From IMG/VR virus record IMGVR_UViG_3300027751_000013: a stretch of DNA of 64,000 nucleotides. The stretch is one strand, 5' to 3'. The translations under genes were made by a program, and so were the position numbers. Each line of letters opens with the position of its first letter. Positions within the stretch are counted from its first letter, which is position 1. Positions 8,925 through 18,958 of the stretch are shown here, one piece after another. The stretch is from an uncultured virus (IMG/VR IMGVR_UViG_3300027751_000013) (taxonomy: Duplodnaviria > Heunggongvirae > Uroviricota > Caudoviricetes). A model generated the notes under the pieces. The model was not told where the DNA came from, searched no databases, and saw only the letters and a list, made by a program, of their open reading frames with translations.

Positions 8925-9746
8925 ATGTCAAATTGGTTTAAAAAAGCTGCAAATAGTATTAAAAAAGAAACTACTAAAGCTGCTAACACGGTTGCAAAAG
9001 AAACTACTAAAGCTGCTAACACGGTTGCAAAAGAAACTACTGATGCAGCTAACACGGTTGCAAAAGAAACTACTAAAGTAGCCAATCAAGTAGCAAAGAC
9101 AACTACAAACATCTATACTGATTCTAAAAAAGCAATAGTTCATACAACTAATGTAGTAGCTAAAAATACTGAAGAAGCAGCCAAACAAGGATTAGATGTA
9201 GCTTCTGATACCTGGAAAGAAGGAAGCAAACAGGCAATCGAATTTGCTAAAGATGGACTAGAAGTAGTAGAAGATGTGGCAGAAGATATTAAAGACGCAG
9301 CAGAAGATGCTGTTGAATGGTTAGACCAAAATGCTTGTTACATTGGATTAAATATGGCATTAACAACTGGATGTGTAATGTATTTCACTCCTAAACCAGC
9401 ACCAGCTGACCCTGGAACGGTAACATCAACAACTATCAGTGCAACAATGATAACAGCAATGTCCACCATGGGTCAAAAAGCAGCAATGGCGGCAGTATCA
9501 ACAGTAATTGGTAACCTTTTAGCCGATGGAATATTCTTAATCCCAGGAGTAAAAGGAGCTTGCAATAAAAAATTACTTACAAAGGTACTTACGAATGTAG
9601 TAGGACAAGCAAACCCAATATATGCAACAGCAGCTTTATCCACACCGGCAGGTGTAGGTTTATTTGTAGGCTCAGTAGTATCTCCAATAGTAGCAACACT
9701 TATTTGTGAAGGAGTAGTACCAAATGGATTTTCAAAACTAGACTAG
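8925..9746 (+). CDS. Protein with 11-aa amphipathic repeats and hydrophobic Cys-containing C-terminus
   Basis: KETTKAANTVA x4, then Gly/Ala-rich hydrophobic helices. Confidence 0.8.
   Translation: MSNWFKKAANSIKKETTKAANTVAKETTKAANTVAKETTDAANTVAKETTKVANQVAKTTTNIYTDSKKAIVHTTNVVAKNTEEAAKQGLDVASDTWKEGSKQAIEFAKDGLEVVEDVAEDIKDAAEDAVEWLDQNACYIGLNMALTTGCVMYFTPKPAPADPGTVTSTTISATMITAMSTMGQKAAMAAVSTVIGNLLADGIFLIPGVKGACNKKLLTKVLTNVVGQANPIYATAALSTPAGVGLFVGSVVSPIVATLICEGVVPNGFSKLD
8964..9095 (+). repeat. 33-bp coding tandem repeat x4
   Basis: AAAGAAACTACTAAAGCTGCTAACACGGTTGCA; two exact and two diverged units. Confidence 0.9.
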
Positions 9747-9758
9747 TAAAAGCAGATT

Positions 9759-10364
9759 ATGAAGTTTTCAGCAGAGAAAATAAAAAAAGCAGTTGAATCA
9801 AAAGGATATAAATTCTTCGAAGGAGGAAACTACAACCTTAATATTATAGGAGTTAGAAACTCAGACACTAAAGGTAAAGTTACTAATAGATTTGATGACT
9901 TAATTACAGTATCTTACCAAGTAGACGGAGTACAGAAGTATCATGAATTCGATGCAACTACCGATCCAGGTTCTCATTGGGAAAGGAATTTACTTAATGA
10001 AGACGGAGTAGCAATACTATGCCCAGGTCAGTATAGAGGTTCCCATACTATTGGAATGCATCAAGGTAAATACGAGGCTCTAAAACAACAGAAACCTGTC
10101 AAAGTTTACCGAGATAATAACAAAGACGGTGATTATGATATGTTAGAAGAAAATATCAAAGAAGGTATTTTTGGAATCAACATTCATAGAGCTACAGCTA
10201 AAGAAGGAGGAAAGTCCACTCAAGTTGACAAATGGTCTGCAGGGTGTCAGGTAATAGCAGCAAATAGTGATTTTAAACTACTTATGGAATTAGCTCACAA
10301 AGCAGCAGACTTGTACGGTAAATCATTTACCTATACGTTAATTGAATCAAAAGACATCTTATAG
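9759..10364 (+). CDS. YkuD/L,D-transpeptidase-like peptidoglycan hydrolase (endolysin candidate)
   Basis: GINIHRA...WSAGCQV His/Cys dyad; flanked by holin-like and spanin-like genes. Confidence 0.65.
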   Translation: MKFSAEKIKKAVESKGYKFFEGGNYNLNIIGVRNSDTKGKVTNRFDDLITVSYQVDGVQKYHEFDATTDPGSHWERNLLNEDGVAILCPGQYRGSHTIGMHQGKYEALKQQKPVKVYRDNNKDGDYDMLEENIKEGIFGINIHRATAKEGGKSTQVDKWSAGCQVIAANSDFKLLMELAHKAADLYGKSFTYTLIESKDIL

Positions 10365-10399
10365 TTGTCTAATAGGAAATAAATACCTATCTTAAAGTT

Positions 10400-10786
10400 A
10401 TGAGCACAAGAAATACATTAATATTAGGTCTAGCAGGTGTCGCTATATTCTATTTGTTATATAAACAAAAAGAGTTCGATACCTCTTCCTATCTTAATAA
10501 GATAGTAGATCTTGAGAAAAAAGTAGATTCGCTTCATAGTCAAAATAAAACACTTAATGTAGAACTAAAAACTTTAGAAGATGCATTAGCTAGGTATGAC
10601 AAAGAAGTAGATAGTCTAGAAAATAGTATAGTAATAATAAAAAGAAGAACGGATGAAAAACTACGTAATGTTAGTAGTCTTACTCTGTCTGAGCTTCAAA
10701 GCTTTTTCACAGAAAGATACAATTCAAGTAGTACGCCTACAGGAACCAATAGCCCGACTAGTGGTGAAGGATCTGATAATAGGTGA
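10400..10786 (+). CDS. N-anchored coiled-coil protein (i-spanin-like)
   Basis: N-terminal TM plus long coiled coil; overlaps next ORF. Confidence 0.55.
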   Translation: MSTRNTLILGLAGVAIFYLLYKQKEFDTSSYLNKIVDLEKKVDSLHSQNKTLNVELKTLEDALARYDKEVDSLENSIVIIKRRTDEKLRNVSSLTLSELQSFFTERYNSSSTPTGTNSPTSGEGSDNR

Positions 10787-11051
10787 TGGCTTACAGAAAG
10801 AACTTGCTGTATCTAGATTAGTTATAGAAACACTAAAAACTAAATCCATTACTCAAGACAGCATTATATTTAATTTTAAATCTCAAGTACTTAATTTAAA
10901 TTCAATATTAATTACTAAAGATGAGCAATTTAAGATACAAGAAAAACTTTCTAAAGACTTACAACAAGCTCTTAAGAAAGAGAAGTTTAAAAATAAGTTA
11001 TTCTCAATAGGTACACCAGTCTTAATTTTAGGCGCATTACTTTTGAAATAA
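10653..11051 (+). CDS. Exported coiled-coil protein (spanin-partner-like)
   Basis: Signal peptide, coiled coil, C-terminal hydrophobic tail; overlaps previous gene in another frame. Confidence 0.5.
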   Translation: MKNYVMLVVLLCLSFKAFSQKDTIQVVRLQEPIARLVVKDLIIGDGLQKELAVSRLVIETLKTKSITQDSIIFNFKSQVLNLNSILITKDEQFKIQEKLSKDLQQALKKEKFKNKLFSIGTPVLILGALLLK

Positions 11052-12223
11052 TGATTGAAACTATAAAAAGAAATACACTACCTACCATAATTGCGTTAGC
11101 AGCACTTTCAGTATCAGCATCAGCAGCATTTTATTCTGTTAGTGGACTAAGTAAATTATTTGCAGGAGCAGCATTAGAGGTAACAATAATGGCTGGTTCA
11201 TTAGAGGTAGCTAAGCTTGTTATCGCTTCACTTCTTTACCAATACTGGGATACATTAAATAAGTACCTTAGAACCTATCTCTCCATTGCAGCCTTTGTAC
11301 TAGTATTGATTACTAGTATGGGTATATATGGATTTTTAAGTGCGGCATATCAAGACACATACAGGCAATTAACAGTTAAAGAGAATCAAACTGCATTCCT
11401 AACCCAAAAGAAAGATTTCTATGAAAAAGATGTTATCAGATATGATGGCGAACTTGAAAGAATCTCTAGCAATATTTCTACTCTCAGTAACGCAAAATCT
11501 ACCGCAATCCAAATTAAGGACACATCGGTGGTTGGAGGCGTTAGAACCACCATCTCTACTGCAGAGCTTAGACTTGCCCAGCAGCGTATCGGAGTTGAAG
11601 AGGAGAATAGAAAACAAGTACAAGCTAAAAGAGAAATAGCAGCAGATAGCTTACAAAAATACCAACTTCAGATATTAGATTTAGATAACAATACAGAAGT
11701 AGCCGGAGAATTAGGACCATTACAGTACCTTTCCGGACTTACAGGAGCTCCGATGGATAAGATTATAAACATCTTACTCCTTGTAATCATATTTGTATTT
11801 GATCCTTTAGCTATATCACTTGTAATAGCAGCTAACTTCGCTTTTGATCAGGCCAAACCTAAATGGAACCTTTATGGAGAAATAGAAGATGATTTTAGTG
11901 AATGGGATGATTTAGATGAAGAAGAACCTAACGGAGATCTTAAAAGAGCTGCTGAAAAATATAAAGAAATTAGTAGAGATGAATTAGTATCCGAAGAAGA
12001 GATAATGGAAGACCTTGACCCTAAAGAAATAGAAGTCATAGATCCAGAAACCGTTACAGGAGAAGAAGAATGGAGAACATTGAATGAGGACGATACTGAA
12101 ATAAAAGAAAAAAAAGTAACCCGTATACTTCAAAAAACTCCTTCTAAAAGAAGAGTAGAATTCTCTGATGGCACCCAAGGATGGGTTGATAAAGGAGATG
12201 AGGATAAGATAATCTATATGTAA
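11051..12223 (+). CDS. Multi-TM coiled-coil membrane protein with acidic tail
   Basis: Three N-terminal TMs (LITSMGIYGFLS), coiled coil, TM with FVFDPLA. Confidence 0.8.
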   Translation: MIETIKRNTLPTIIALAALSVSASAAFYSVSGLSKLFAGAALEVTIMAGSLEVAKLVIASLLYQYWDTLNKYLRTYLSIAAFVLVLITSMGIYGFLSAAYQDTYRQLTVKENQTAFLTQKKDFYEKDVIRYDGELERISSNISTLSNAKSTAIQIKDTSVVGGVRTTISTAELRLAQQRIGVEEENRKQVQAKREIAADSLQKYQLQILDLDNNTEVAGELGPLQYLSGLTGAPMDKIINILLLVIIFVFDPLAISLVIAANFAFDQAKPKWNLYGEIEDDFSEWDDLDEEEPNGDLKRAAEKYKEISRDELVSEEEIMEDLDPKEIEVIDPETVTGEEEWRTLNEDDTEIKEKKVTRILQKTPSKRRVEFSDGTQGWVDKGDEDKIIYM

Positions 12224-12268
12224 TATAACTTTACCAATATTTATTAATAAACATAAAACAATATAACA

Positions 12269-12532
12269 ATGAGTGAAGAATTAAACTTTGAAGAGCAGCC
12301 AATCTTTGTACCTCAAGAAGAAGTACAGGAAATAGCTGAACAAACTCCTGAAGAAGCTCCTGCACCAGTAGAAGTTAAAAAAGTTAAAGAAGTAAAAAAA
12401 TCAAACGAGGTGAAGGTAGTTAGAATAGTTCAACACTTACCTAGTGGATATAGATTACTTTTAGAAGGAGGAGAAATTGTTAAAGTAAGAAAATCTCAGT
12501 TCATACAAGGACAGAAGACAGTAAAACTTTAA
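12269..12532 (+). CDS. Hypothetical protein
   Basis: 87-aa ORF, acidic N-terminus. Confidence 0.65.
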   Translation: MSEELNFEEQPIFVPQEEVQEIAEQTPEEAPAPVEVKKVKEVKKSNEVKVVRIVQHLPSGYRLLLEGGEIVKVRKSQFIQGQKTVKL

Positions 12533-12555
12533 AACTTTTTTTAAACAAAATATGT

Positions 12556-12583
12556 AAAAGAGTTGTCTAACGACGACTCTTTT
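12556..12583 (+). terminator. Terminator hairpin overlapping the next promoter
   Basis: AAAAGAGTTGTC-TAAC-GACGACTCTTTT. Confidence 0.65.
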
Positions 12584-12615
12584 CTTATATTTATAGTATA
12601 GATAATTAATTAGTT

Positions 12616-12924
12616 ATGAGTAAAAATAGCGATATTTACGGAACATGGACAATGGACAGTACAGCAGGGACTGTAAAAACAGATAAGTATGTCCAATCAG
12701 TAAAAAAAGCATTTGAACAAAGATCTCAAACTGGGATCAAAAAGTACAATACTACTTTAGAAAGAGAAGATCTAAACTTCCTTGATTGGTTACAGCATCT
12801 ACAAGAAGAATTGATGGATGCTACATTGTATGTTGAACGATTAAAAACAAGTTATGCCGAAGAAGTTACCAAAGTTAGTAAAGGAAGTATGGGAAAGCAA
12901 ACTAAAGCAGAGCCCAAAGAGTAA
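12616..12924 (+). CDS. All-alpha NTP pyrophosphohydrolase-like (MazG/dUTPase superfamily) protein
   Basis: GIKKYNTTL.R.DL...DWLQHLQEELMDATLY, EExxD motif. Confidence 0.55.
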   Translation: MSKNSDIYGTWTMDSTAGTVKTDKYVQSVKKAFEQRSQTGIKKYNTTLEREDLNFLDWLQHLQEELMDATLYVERLKTSYAEEVTKVSKGSMGKQTKAEPKE

Positions 12925-13792
12925 CAAACACATTTCCTACTCACAGTTAAATTCTTTCGCTTCTTGTCAAAAACAATGGTACTTACAGTACGTTAAGAAA
13001 TTAGCTCCTTATGAAGGTTCCATTCATGCTATGTTTGGAACTGCAATGCATGAAACTATTCAGACTTGGTTGACAACTTTGTATTACGATAAAGTTAAAA
13101 CTGCTAATGAGATGGACTTAGATGCTTTACTGTATGAGAATATGGTTAAAGCATATAAATCTACTAAAGCACAGAATAGCTTTCAGGAATTTACTTCATT
13201 AGAGGAAATGAATATGTTTTACTTAGACGGCAAACACATCTTAAACTTTTTAAAGAAAAAAAGAGGTGGGTACTTTAGTACTAAGGGAACTTATTTGGCC
13301 GGTGTAGAGACGCTACTATACCAAGAATTACGCCCTGGAGTACAGTTTAAAGGCTTCATCGATTTAGTATTTTATAGTGAAGTATTAGATGAATGGACAA
13401 TCATTGATATTAAAACCTCCACTTCAGGATGGAATGATTACGCTAAGAAGGACGATAACAAGATTGCACAAATTCTACTCTATAAAGAGTTCTTTTCCAA
13501 GCAGTTTGATATTCCAATTGATAAAATAAATGTAGAGTACTTTATACTGAAACGTAAGGTACCAAAAGATGCTGAGTTTGCTGCAATGGAACGTAGAGTA
13601 CAGCAATTTAGACCTCCGTCCGGAAAGATTAAAAGAGGTCAAGCAGTATCACTAATGAATAATTTTGTAGAGACAGCAGTCGATATAGATGGTGAGTATA
13701 TTGATAAAGACTATCCAACTTCTCCTTCGAAAAGTACATGTATGTTTTGTGCTTTTAAGAAAATGAGGATATGTCCTGATGCTGTTTTATAA
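12854..13792 (+). CDS. PD-(D/E)XK (RecB/Cas4-like) exonuclease
   Basis: ISYSQL...C, FGTAMHE, GFIDLV, IIDIKT, QILLY, C-terminal CMFC...C. Confidence 0.9.
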   Translation: MPKKLPKLVKEVWESKLKQSPKSNKHISYSQLNSFASCQKQWYLQYVKKLAPYEGSIHAMFGTAMHETIQTWLTTLYYDKVKTANEMDLDALLYENMVKAYKSTKAQNSFQEFTSLEEMNMFYLDGKHILNFLKKKRGGYFSTKGTYLAGVETLLYQELRPGVQFKGFIDLVFYSEVLDEWTIIDIKTSTSGWNDYAKKDDNKIAQILLYKEFFSKQFDIPIDKINVEYFILKRKVPKDAEFAAMERRVQQFRPPSGKIKRGQAVSLMNNFVETAVDIDGEYIDKDYPTSPSKSTCMFCAFKKMRICPDAVL

Positions 13793-13825
13793 TTTATATA
13801 TATTTATATATAGAACAATTTAGTT

Positions 13826-14008
13826 ATGAAACAAGACGAAAAACTTACCTCGGTAAAAATCACACAGCCATTATTTGATGAATTCAAGATGGCATCATTA
13901 CAAAACAACTTTTCATTTAAAAAGCTTGCAGATCGTGCAATTTATCTTTATCTTACTGATAGAGACTTCCGTGAAAAAGTACACAAACAGAATAACATTA
14001 AACTTTAA
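13826..14008 (+). CDS. Small RHH-like DNA-binding protein
   Basis: LTSVKI strand followed by two helices. Confidence 0.5.
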   Translation: MKQDEKLTSVKITQPLFDEFKMASLQNNFSFKKLADRAIYLYLTDRDFREKVHKQNNIKL

Positions 14009-14010
14009 TA

Positions 14011-15459
14011 ATGACTGACAAATTTGGTTATATCCCAAAAGACGAAAGAAAAAACGTCTTACTTTTATGTGATGATATTCGAATGCATTCCGGTATTGCT
14101 ACTATGGCAAGAGAGTTTGTAGTTGGAACAGCACAACATTTTAATTGGTTTCAAGTAGGAGCAGCTTTACAGCATCCAGACGCAGGAAAGGTGTTTGACC
14201 TGTCAGAAGACATAAATAACCGTACCGGTATAAAGGATGCTTCTGTAAAAGTAATGCCTAATAACGGCTATGGAGATGCTACATTGATTAGAAGGTTACT
14301 TAAACAAGAAAAACCAGATGCTATCTTTATCTTTACGGATCCAAGATACTGGACATGGCTGTTTGAAATCGAAAGAGAGATTAGATCTCAAATTCCAATT
14401 ATGTGGTTAAACATCTGGGATGACTATCCTGCACCGATGTATAATAAAAGCTATTACGACTCAGTAGATGTCTTAATGGCAATCTCTAAACAAACTAAAA
14501 ATATTAACGAATTAGTTTTAGGAGAAGAAGCTAAAAATAAACTCATTAAGTATGTACCTCATGGTATTAACAGTAACGACTTCTTTCCTATCACAAAAGA
14601 TCATAAATTATATCCAGACTTAGTTAAGTTTAAACAAGATACTATTCCAAATAAGGATGTAGAGTTTGTAGTTTACTTTAACTCAAGAAACATTAACAGA
14701 AAGAGACCAGGAGACGTAATTCTATCTTATAAATTCTTCTGTGACAGAATAGGAAAAGAAGCAGCTAAGAAATGTGCTTTAGTGATGCATACAGCAGCAG
14801 TAGATCAAAATGGAACTGATCTAAGAGCTGTAAAAGAAGCATTAACAGATCCAGAATATGTTAACATTTATTTCTCTCAGGCTAAGATTAATACAGCCCA
14901 GATGAATATGATGTACAACATGGCTGATGTTACTATGTTAATCTCATCTAATGAAGGATGGGGATTATCTTTGACAGAATCTATGATGGCAGGTACAATG
15001 ATAGTTGGTGCTGTTACAGGAGGAATGCAAGATCAAATGAGATTCGAAGACGGTAATGGTAACTGGGTTGATTTTAGTTCTGACTTTCCTTCCAATCATA
15101 GAGGTACAATTAAACAATGCGGAGATTGGGTTGAACCAGTCTTCCCATCAAACATCTCATTAACAGGTTCACCTTCTACTCCATATATTTTTGACGACAG
15201 AGTTTCATCAGAAGATGTAGCCATAGCTTTAGAGAAAGTATATAACTTATCTACAGAAGAGAGAATCAAAAACGGACTGAAAGGTAGAGAATGGGTTACT
15301 TCAGACGAATCTCAAATGTCAGCCGATACAATGTGTAAGAACATTATAGAGGTTATGGATGAAGGATTCAAAACATTTAAACCTAGACCAAGTTTTGAAA
15401 TTCATAAAGCTGGTCCAAGACCATTAAAGAAAGTTACACATAAATTAACAGGTTATTAA
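14011..15459 (+). CDS. GT-B (GT4-like) glycosyltransferase
   Basis: YVPHGI, NSRNINRKRPG, SSNEGWGLSLTESMMAG. Confidence 0.9.
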   Translation: MTDKFGYIPKDERKNVLLLCDDIRMHSGIATMAREFVVGTAQHFNWFQVGAALQHPDAGKVFDLSEDINNRTGIKDASVKVMPNNGYGDATLIRRLLKQEKPDAIFIFTDPRYWTWLFEIEREIRSQIPIMWLNIWDDYPAPMYNKSYYDSVDVLMAISKQTKNINELVLGEEAKNKLIKYVPHGINSNDFFPITKDHKLYPDLVKFKQDTIPNKDVEFVVYFNSRNINRKRPGDVILSYKFFCDRIGKEAAKKCALVMHTAAVDQNGTDLRAVKEALTDPEYVNIYFSQAKINTAQMNMMYNMADVTMLISSNEGWGLSLTESMMAGTMIVGAVTGGMQDQMRFEDGNGNWVDFSSDFPSNHRGTIKQCGDWVEPVFPSNISLTGSPSTPYIFDDRVSSEDVAIALEKVYNLSTEERIKNGLKGREWVTSDESQMSADTMCKNIIEVMDEGFKTFKPRPSFEIHKAGPRPLKKVTHKLTGY

Positions 15460-15460
15460 G

Positions 15461-16720
15461 ATGAGTAAACCATTAGCAGTAGTAAGCTGCCCTATAGACA
15501 CATATTCAGGATACGGAGCAAGAGCAAGAGACTTTGTAAAAGCTTTGATCGATTTAGATAAGTACGACGTAAAGGTTTTATCTCAAAGATGGGGTAACAC
15601 TAGATTTGGTTATTTAGAAGATCATAATGAAGATGATTTAAGTTCTAGAATTATACCTAACATGACTGTTAAACCAGACTTATGGGTACAGATTACAGTA
15701 CCGAATGAGTTTCAAAAAGTAGGTAAGTTTAACCTAGGAGTTACCGCTGGAATGGAAACTACATTAGTTCATAATACTTGGATTGAAGGATGTAATAGAA
15801 TGGATCTAAACCTAGTATCATCAGAACATAGTAAAAAGACTTTTTTAGATACTGTGTATATTAAAGAGGATACTAAAACAAAACAACCTACTGGAGAATT
15901 AAGATTAACATCTCCTATGGAGGTTTTATTAGAAGGAGCTGATTTAACTAAATACTTTCCGACTACAAGTTCATTAGACTTATCTCCTATAAAAGAATCA
16001 TTTTGTTTCTTATTTGTAGGTCATTGGTTAAATGGTGACTTTGGTCAAGATAGAAAAAATGTAGGGTATATGATTAAATCTTTCTTAGAGACATTTAAGA
16101 ATAAAAAAGATGCACCTGCTTTGATTCTAAAGACTAGTCAAGTTACTACTTCTATTACGGATAGAGAAGCAGTATTAGATAAGATAGAACAAATTAGACA
16201 ATCAGTTAAAGGTACCTTACCAAACATCTATCTCTTCCATGGAGATGTAAGTGATTCGGAAATGAATGAACTTTACAATCATCCAAAAGTAAAAGCGATG
16301 ATTTCGTTTACTAAAGGAGAAGGATTTGGAAGACCGTTATTGGAATTCAGCCTTGTTAATAAACCTATCATAGCTTCAGGTTGGTCTGGACATGTAGACT
16401 TTTTAGATAAAGAATTTACAAACCTAGTAAGCGGGGAGTTAACACCAGTACATCCATCAGCAGCATCTAAGGATATGATACTTACCGAAGCTAAATGGTT
16501 TAGTGCAGATGAAGCAGCAGTAGGAAGAATTTTAAAAACAGTACACAAAGACTACAAAAAGTTCTTATCTTTATCTAAGAGACAAGGACATAAAAGTAGA
16601 ACAGAGTTTAGTTACGAAAAGATGGTAGAAGTATTAGGTAGAACATTAGACCAATACGTTCCAGAATTTACTAAACAGATAGAATTAAATTTACCAAAAT
16701 TAGATTTACCAAAATTATAG
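15461..16720 (+). CDS. GT-B (GT4-like) glycosyltransferase
   Basis: SGYGARAR, DRKNV, TKGEGFGRPLLEF, IIASGWSGH. Confidence 0.9.
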   Translation: MSKPLAVVSCPIDTYSGYGARARDFVKALIDLDKYDVKVLSQRWGNTRFGYLEDHNEDDLSSRIIPNMTVKPDLWVQITVPNEFQKVGKFNLGVTAGMETTLVHNTWIEGCNRMDLNLVSSEHSKKTFLDTVYIKEDTKTKQPTGELRLTSPMEVLLEGADLTKYFPTTSSLDLSPIKESFCFLFVGHWLNGDFGQDRKNVGYMIKSFLETFKNKKDAPALILKTSQVTTSITDREAVLDKIEQIRQSVKGTLPNIYLFHGDVSDSEMNELYNHPKVKAMISFTKGEGFGRPLLEFSLVNKPIIASGWSGHVDFLDKEFTNLVSGELTPVHPSAASKDMILTEAKWFSADEAAVGRILKTVHKDYKKFLSLSKRQGHKSRTEFSYEKMVEVLGRTLDQYVPEFTKQIELNLPKLDLPKL

Positions 16721-16722
16721 TT

Positions 16723-17175
16723 ATGAAAGATCAATTAGTAGACTGTAAACGATGCGGAGGAAACGCATGTTACGAACAGCACATAGACGAATCAACAACT
16801 ACCTGGTTATGTATGGGGTGCGGGTTTACAACCTCAACTCTAATGAATGAAGGAGGAAAAGTAGTAGGGGACTTAATAGAAACTTCTCCAACTCTTTACA
16901 AAGATCTACTCTTCACAGACGATACTAAAAAAGTATGGGCTCCAGCAACAATGACATTACCAGAAAAAGGAATGGTATTCTTAGATGGTACATCAGAAAA
17001 GGAATGGAAATGGGCTGCAGTAAAAGCTATTAAGATTACAGAGGAGGAAAGAAAAGTAAAAAACTTCCCTAACGATCAGACATATAAAATGGATATGGCT
17101 GGCATTAAACATTACGGTCAAAGAGAGTTTATGGATGCTTTAGAGTTAATTGGTTTCTACGAAATAGGAGAGTAA
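16723..17175 (+). CDS. Zinc-ribbon-containing hypothetical protein
   Basis: CKRC...CMGC. Confidence 0.7.
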   Translation: MKDQLVDCKRCGGNACYEQHIDESTTTWLCMGCGFTTSTLMNEGGKVVGDLIETSPTLYKDLLFTDDTKKVWAPATMTLPEKGMVFLDGTSEKEWKWAAVKAIKITEEERKVKNFPNDQTYKMDMAGIKHYGQREFMDALELIGFYEIGE

Positions 17176-17799
17176 ATGAAAATTAGTTACGCAATAACAG
17201 TATGTAATGAGTTTGTAGAAATACAAAAGCTTGTTAACTTTCTTAGAGAGAATAAAAGAACTCAAGATGAGATTGTTATACTCTTTGATCAGAAGAACGG
17301 TGACCAAGAAGTAGCCAACTGGTTAACTAAACAAAGTAAATACCCAAATGTTCAGTTCTGGAGAGGATTCTTTGATGGCCATTTCGCTGATTGGAAAAAT
17401 AAATTGACAGAATACTGTGAAGGAGATTATATCTTTCAGATTGATGCCGATGAATTGCCTAATAAAATTCTCATTGATAACCTACCTAATATACTAGAGG
17501 CTAACCCTACAGTTGATATGTTAAGAGTTTCTAGAATTAATACTGTTGAAGGATTAACAGAAGAGCATATTAAGAAATGGGGATGGACGGTAAATGAAAA
17601 AGGTTGGGTTAACTGGGCAGACTGGCAAATGAGAATCTATAGAAGACATCCTGATATTAAGTGGAAAAATAAAGTTCATGAAGTATTGGATGGATTTAAA
17701 ATACACGGGATGTTACCAATGGAGGAAGAGTATGCTCTATACCATCCAAAAGATATAGAAAGACAAGAAAAACAAAACGCATACTACGATACATTATGA
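17176..17799 (+). CDS. GT2 glycosyltransferase
   Basis: ISYAITVCNE, YIFQIDADE, KVHEVL. Confidence 0.9.
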   Translation: MKISYAITVCNEFVEIQKLVNFLRENKRTQDEIVILFDQKNGDQEVANWLTKQSKYPNVQFWRGFFDGHFADWKNKLTEYCEGDYIFQIDADELPNKILIDNLPNILEANPTVDMLRVSRINTVEGLTEEHIKKWGWTVNEKGWVNWADWQMRIYRRHPDIKWKNKVHEVLDGFKIHGMLPMEEEYALYHPKDIERQEKQNAYYDTL

Positions 17800-18110
17800 A
17801 ACCAAAAAGTAATATATACGTAGATATAGATGAAACTATCTGTGATTATGAGTACAGAGAAGATAAGTTTAACTACAACTTAGCAAGACCTATACAAATT
17901 AATATAGATAAAATTAATAGACTCTATATTCAGGGACATTTAATTACATACTGGACTGCTAGAGGTTCAAGAACTGGGGAAGACTGGTACGAAGTTACTA
18001 AAAATCAATTAGAGGAATGGGGATGTAAGTACCACTTCTTAAGTGTAGGAGAAAAACCTGCATATGATTTACTGATATGTGATAAATCTAGAAGGATAGA
18101 GGAGATATGA
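17796..18110 (+). CDS. HAD-family phosphatase (capsule-biosynthesis type)
   Basis: YVDIDETI, WTARG, EKP.YDLLICDK. Confidence 0.85.
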   Translation: MKPKSNIYVDIDETICDYEYREDKFNYNLARPIQINIDKINRLYIQGHLITYWTARGSRTGEDWYEVTKNQLEEWGCKYHFLSVGEKPAYDLLICDKSRRIEEI

Positions 18111-18958
18111 AAAAAACCTATATAATAGCTGAAATCGGAATTAACCATCAGGGTGATATTAATATTGCAAAACGGTTAATAGATATTGCAGCAGCAGCTG
18201 GATGTGATGCAGTAAAGTTTCAAAAACGTAACCCCGATATAGCAGTCCCTGCAGCACAAAAAAATAAACCTCGTAGATGGCAAGGTCAAGATATGACCTA
18301 TCTTGAATATAAGTATAAGGTTGAATTCGGTAAAGAAGAATACGACGAAATCGATCGATACTGTAAGCAGCAAAACATTACTTGGTCAGCTTCACCATGG
18401 GATTATGATTCGGTTGAATTTTTAAAACAGTATGATTTACCGTTTATAAAAGTACCTTCTGCTATGTTAACAAATCATAAACTGCTTACTTCATGTATGA
18501 AGAGTAGTATGAGAGTAATACTTTCAACAGGAATGTCCACTGAAGAAGAAATAGATGAAGCAGTTAATGTATTAAGAAAAGCTAAACATTTTTTTAGAAA
18601 CCCTCATCCAATAGGATTACTACATTGTAATTCTTCCTACCCTGCTCCTGTAGAAGAACTTAACTTATCCGCTATAAAGACCTTAACCGAAAAATACCCT
18701 GATTGTGAAATAGGATACTCAGGACATGAGATATTACTAGGTACGACAGTAGCGTCAGTACTACTAGGAGCGTCAATTGTAGAGAGACATGTTACACTAG
18801 ATAGGAATATGGAGGGATCGGATCATGCATGCTCTGTTACTCCACATGGTCTTTTTAAACTAGTTTCAGGAATAAGAGATTTAGAAAAAGCATATGGGGA
18901 TGGACAAATCAAAGTAACTGAAACTGAAAAAGCTGTTAAAGAAAAACTTAGAGGATGA
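18107..18958 (+). CDS. neuB: NeuB-family nonulosonic acid synthase (lacks C-terminal AFP-like domain)
   Basis: IIAEIGINHQG, DAVKFQKR, ILSTGMS, LLHCNSSYP, GYSGHE, ERHVTLDR..GSDH. Confidence 0.93.
   Translation: MKKTYIIAEIGINHQGDINIAKRLIDIAAAAGCDAVKFQKRNPDIAVPAAQKNKPRRWQGQDMTYLEYKYKVEFGKEEYDEIDRYCKQQNITWSASPWDYDSVEFLKQYDLPFIKVPSAMLTNHKLLTSCMKSSMRVILSTGMSTEEEIDEAVNVLRKAKHFFRNPHPIGLLHCNSSYPAPVEELNLSAIKTLTEKYPDCEIGYSGHEILLGTTVASVLLGASIVERHVTLDRNMEGSDHACSVTPHGLFKLVSGIRDLEKAYGDGQIKVTETEKAVKEKLRG

Noticed and set aside
8964..9095. 33-bp repeats as a CRISPR array
   Set aside because: No spacers; in-frame coding tandem repeat
12854..13792. Cas4 indicating a CRISPR-Cas locus
   Set aside because: No other cas genes or array; stand-alone PD-(D/E)XK nucleases are common in phages
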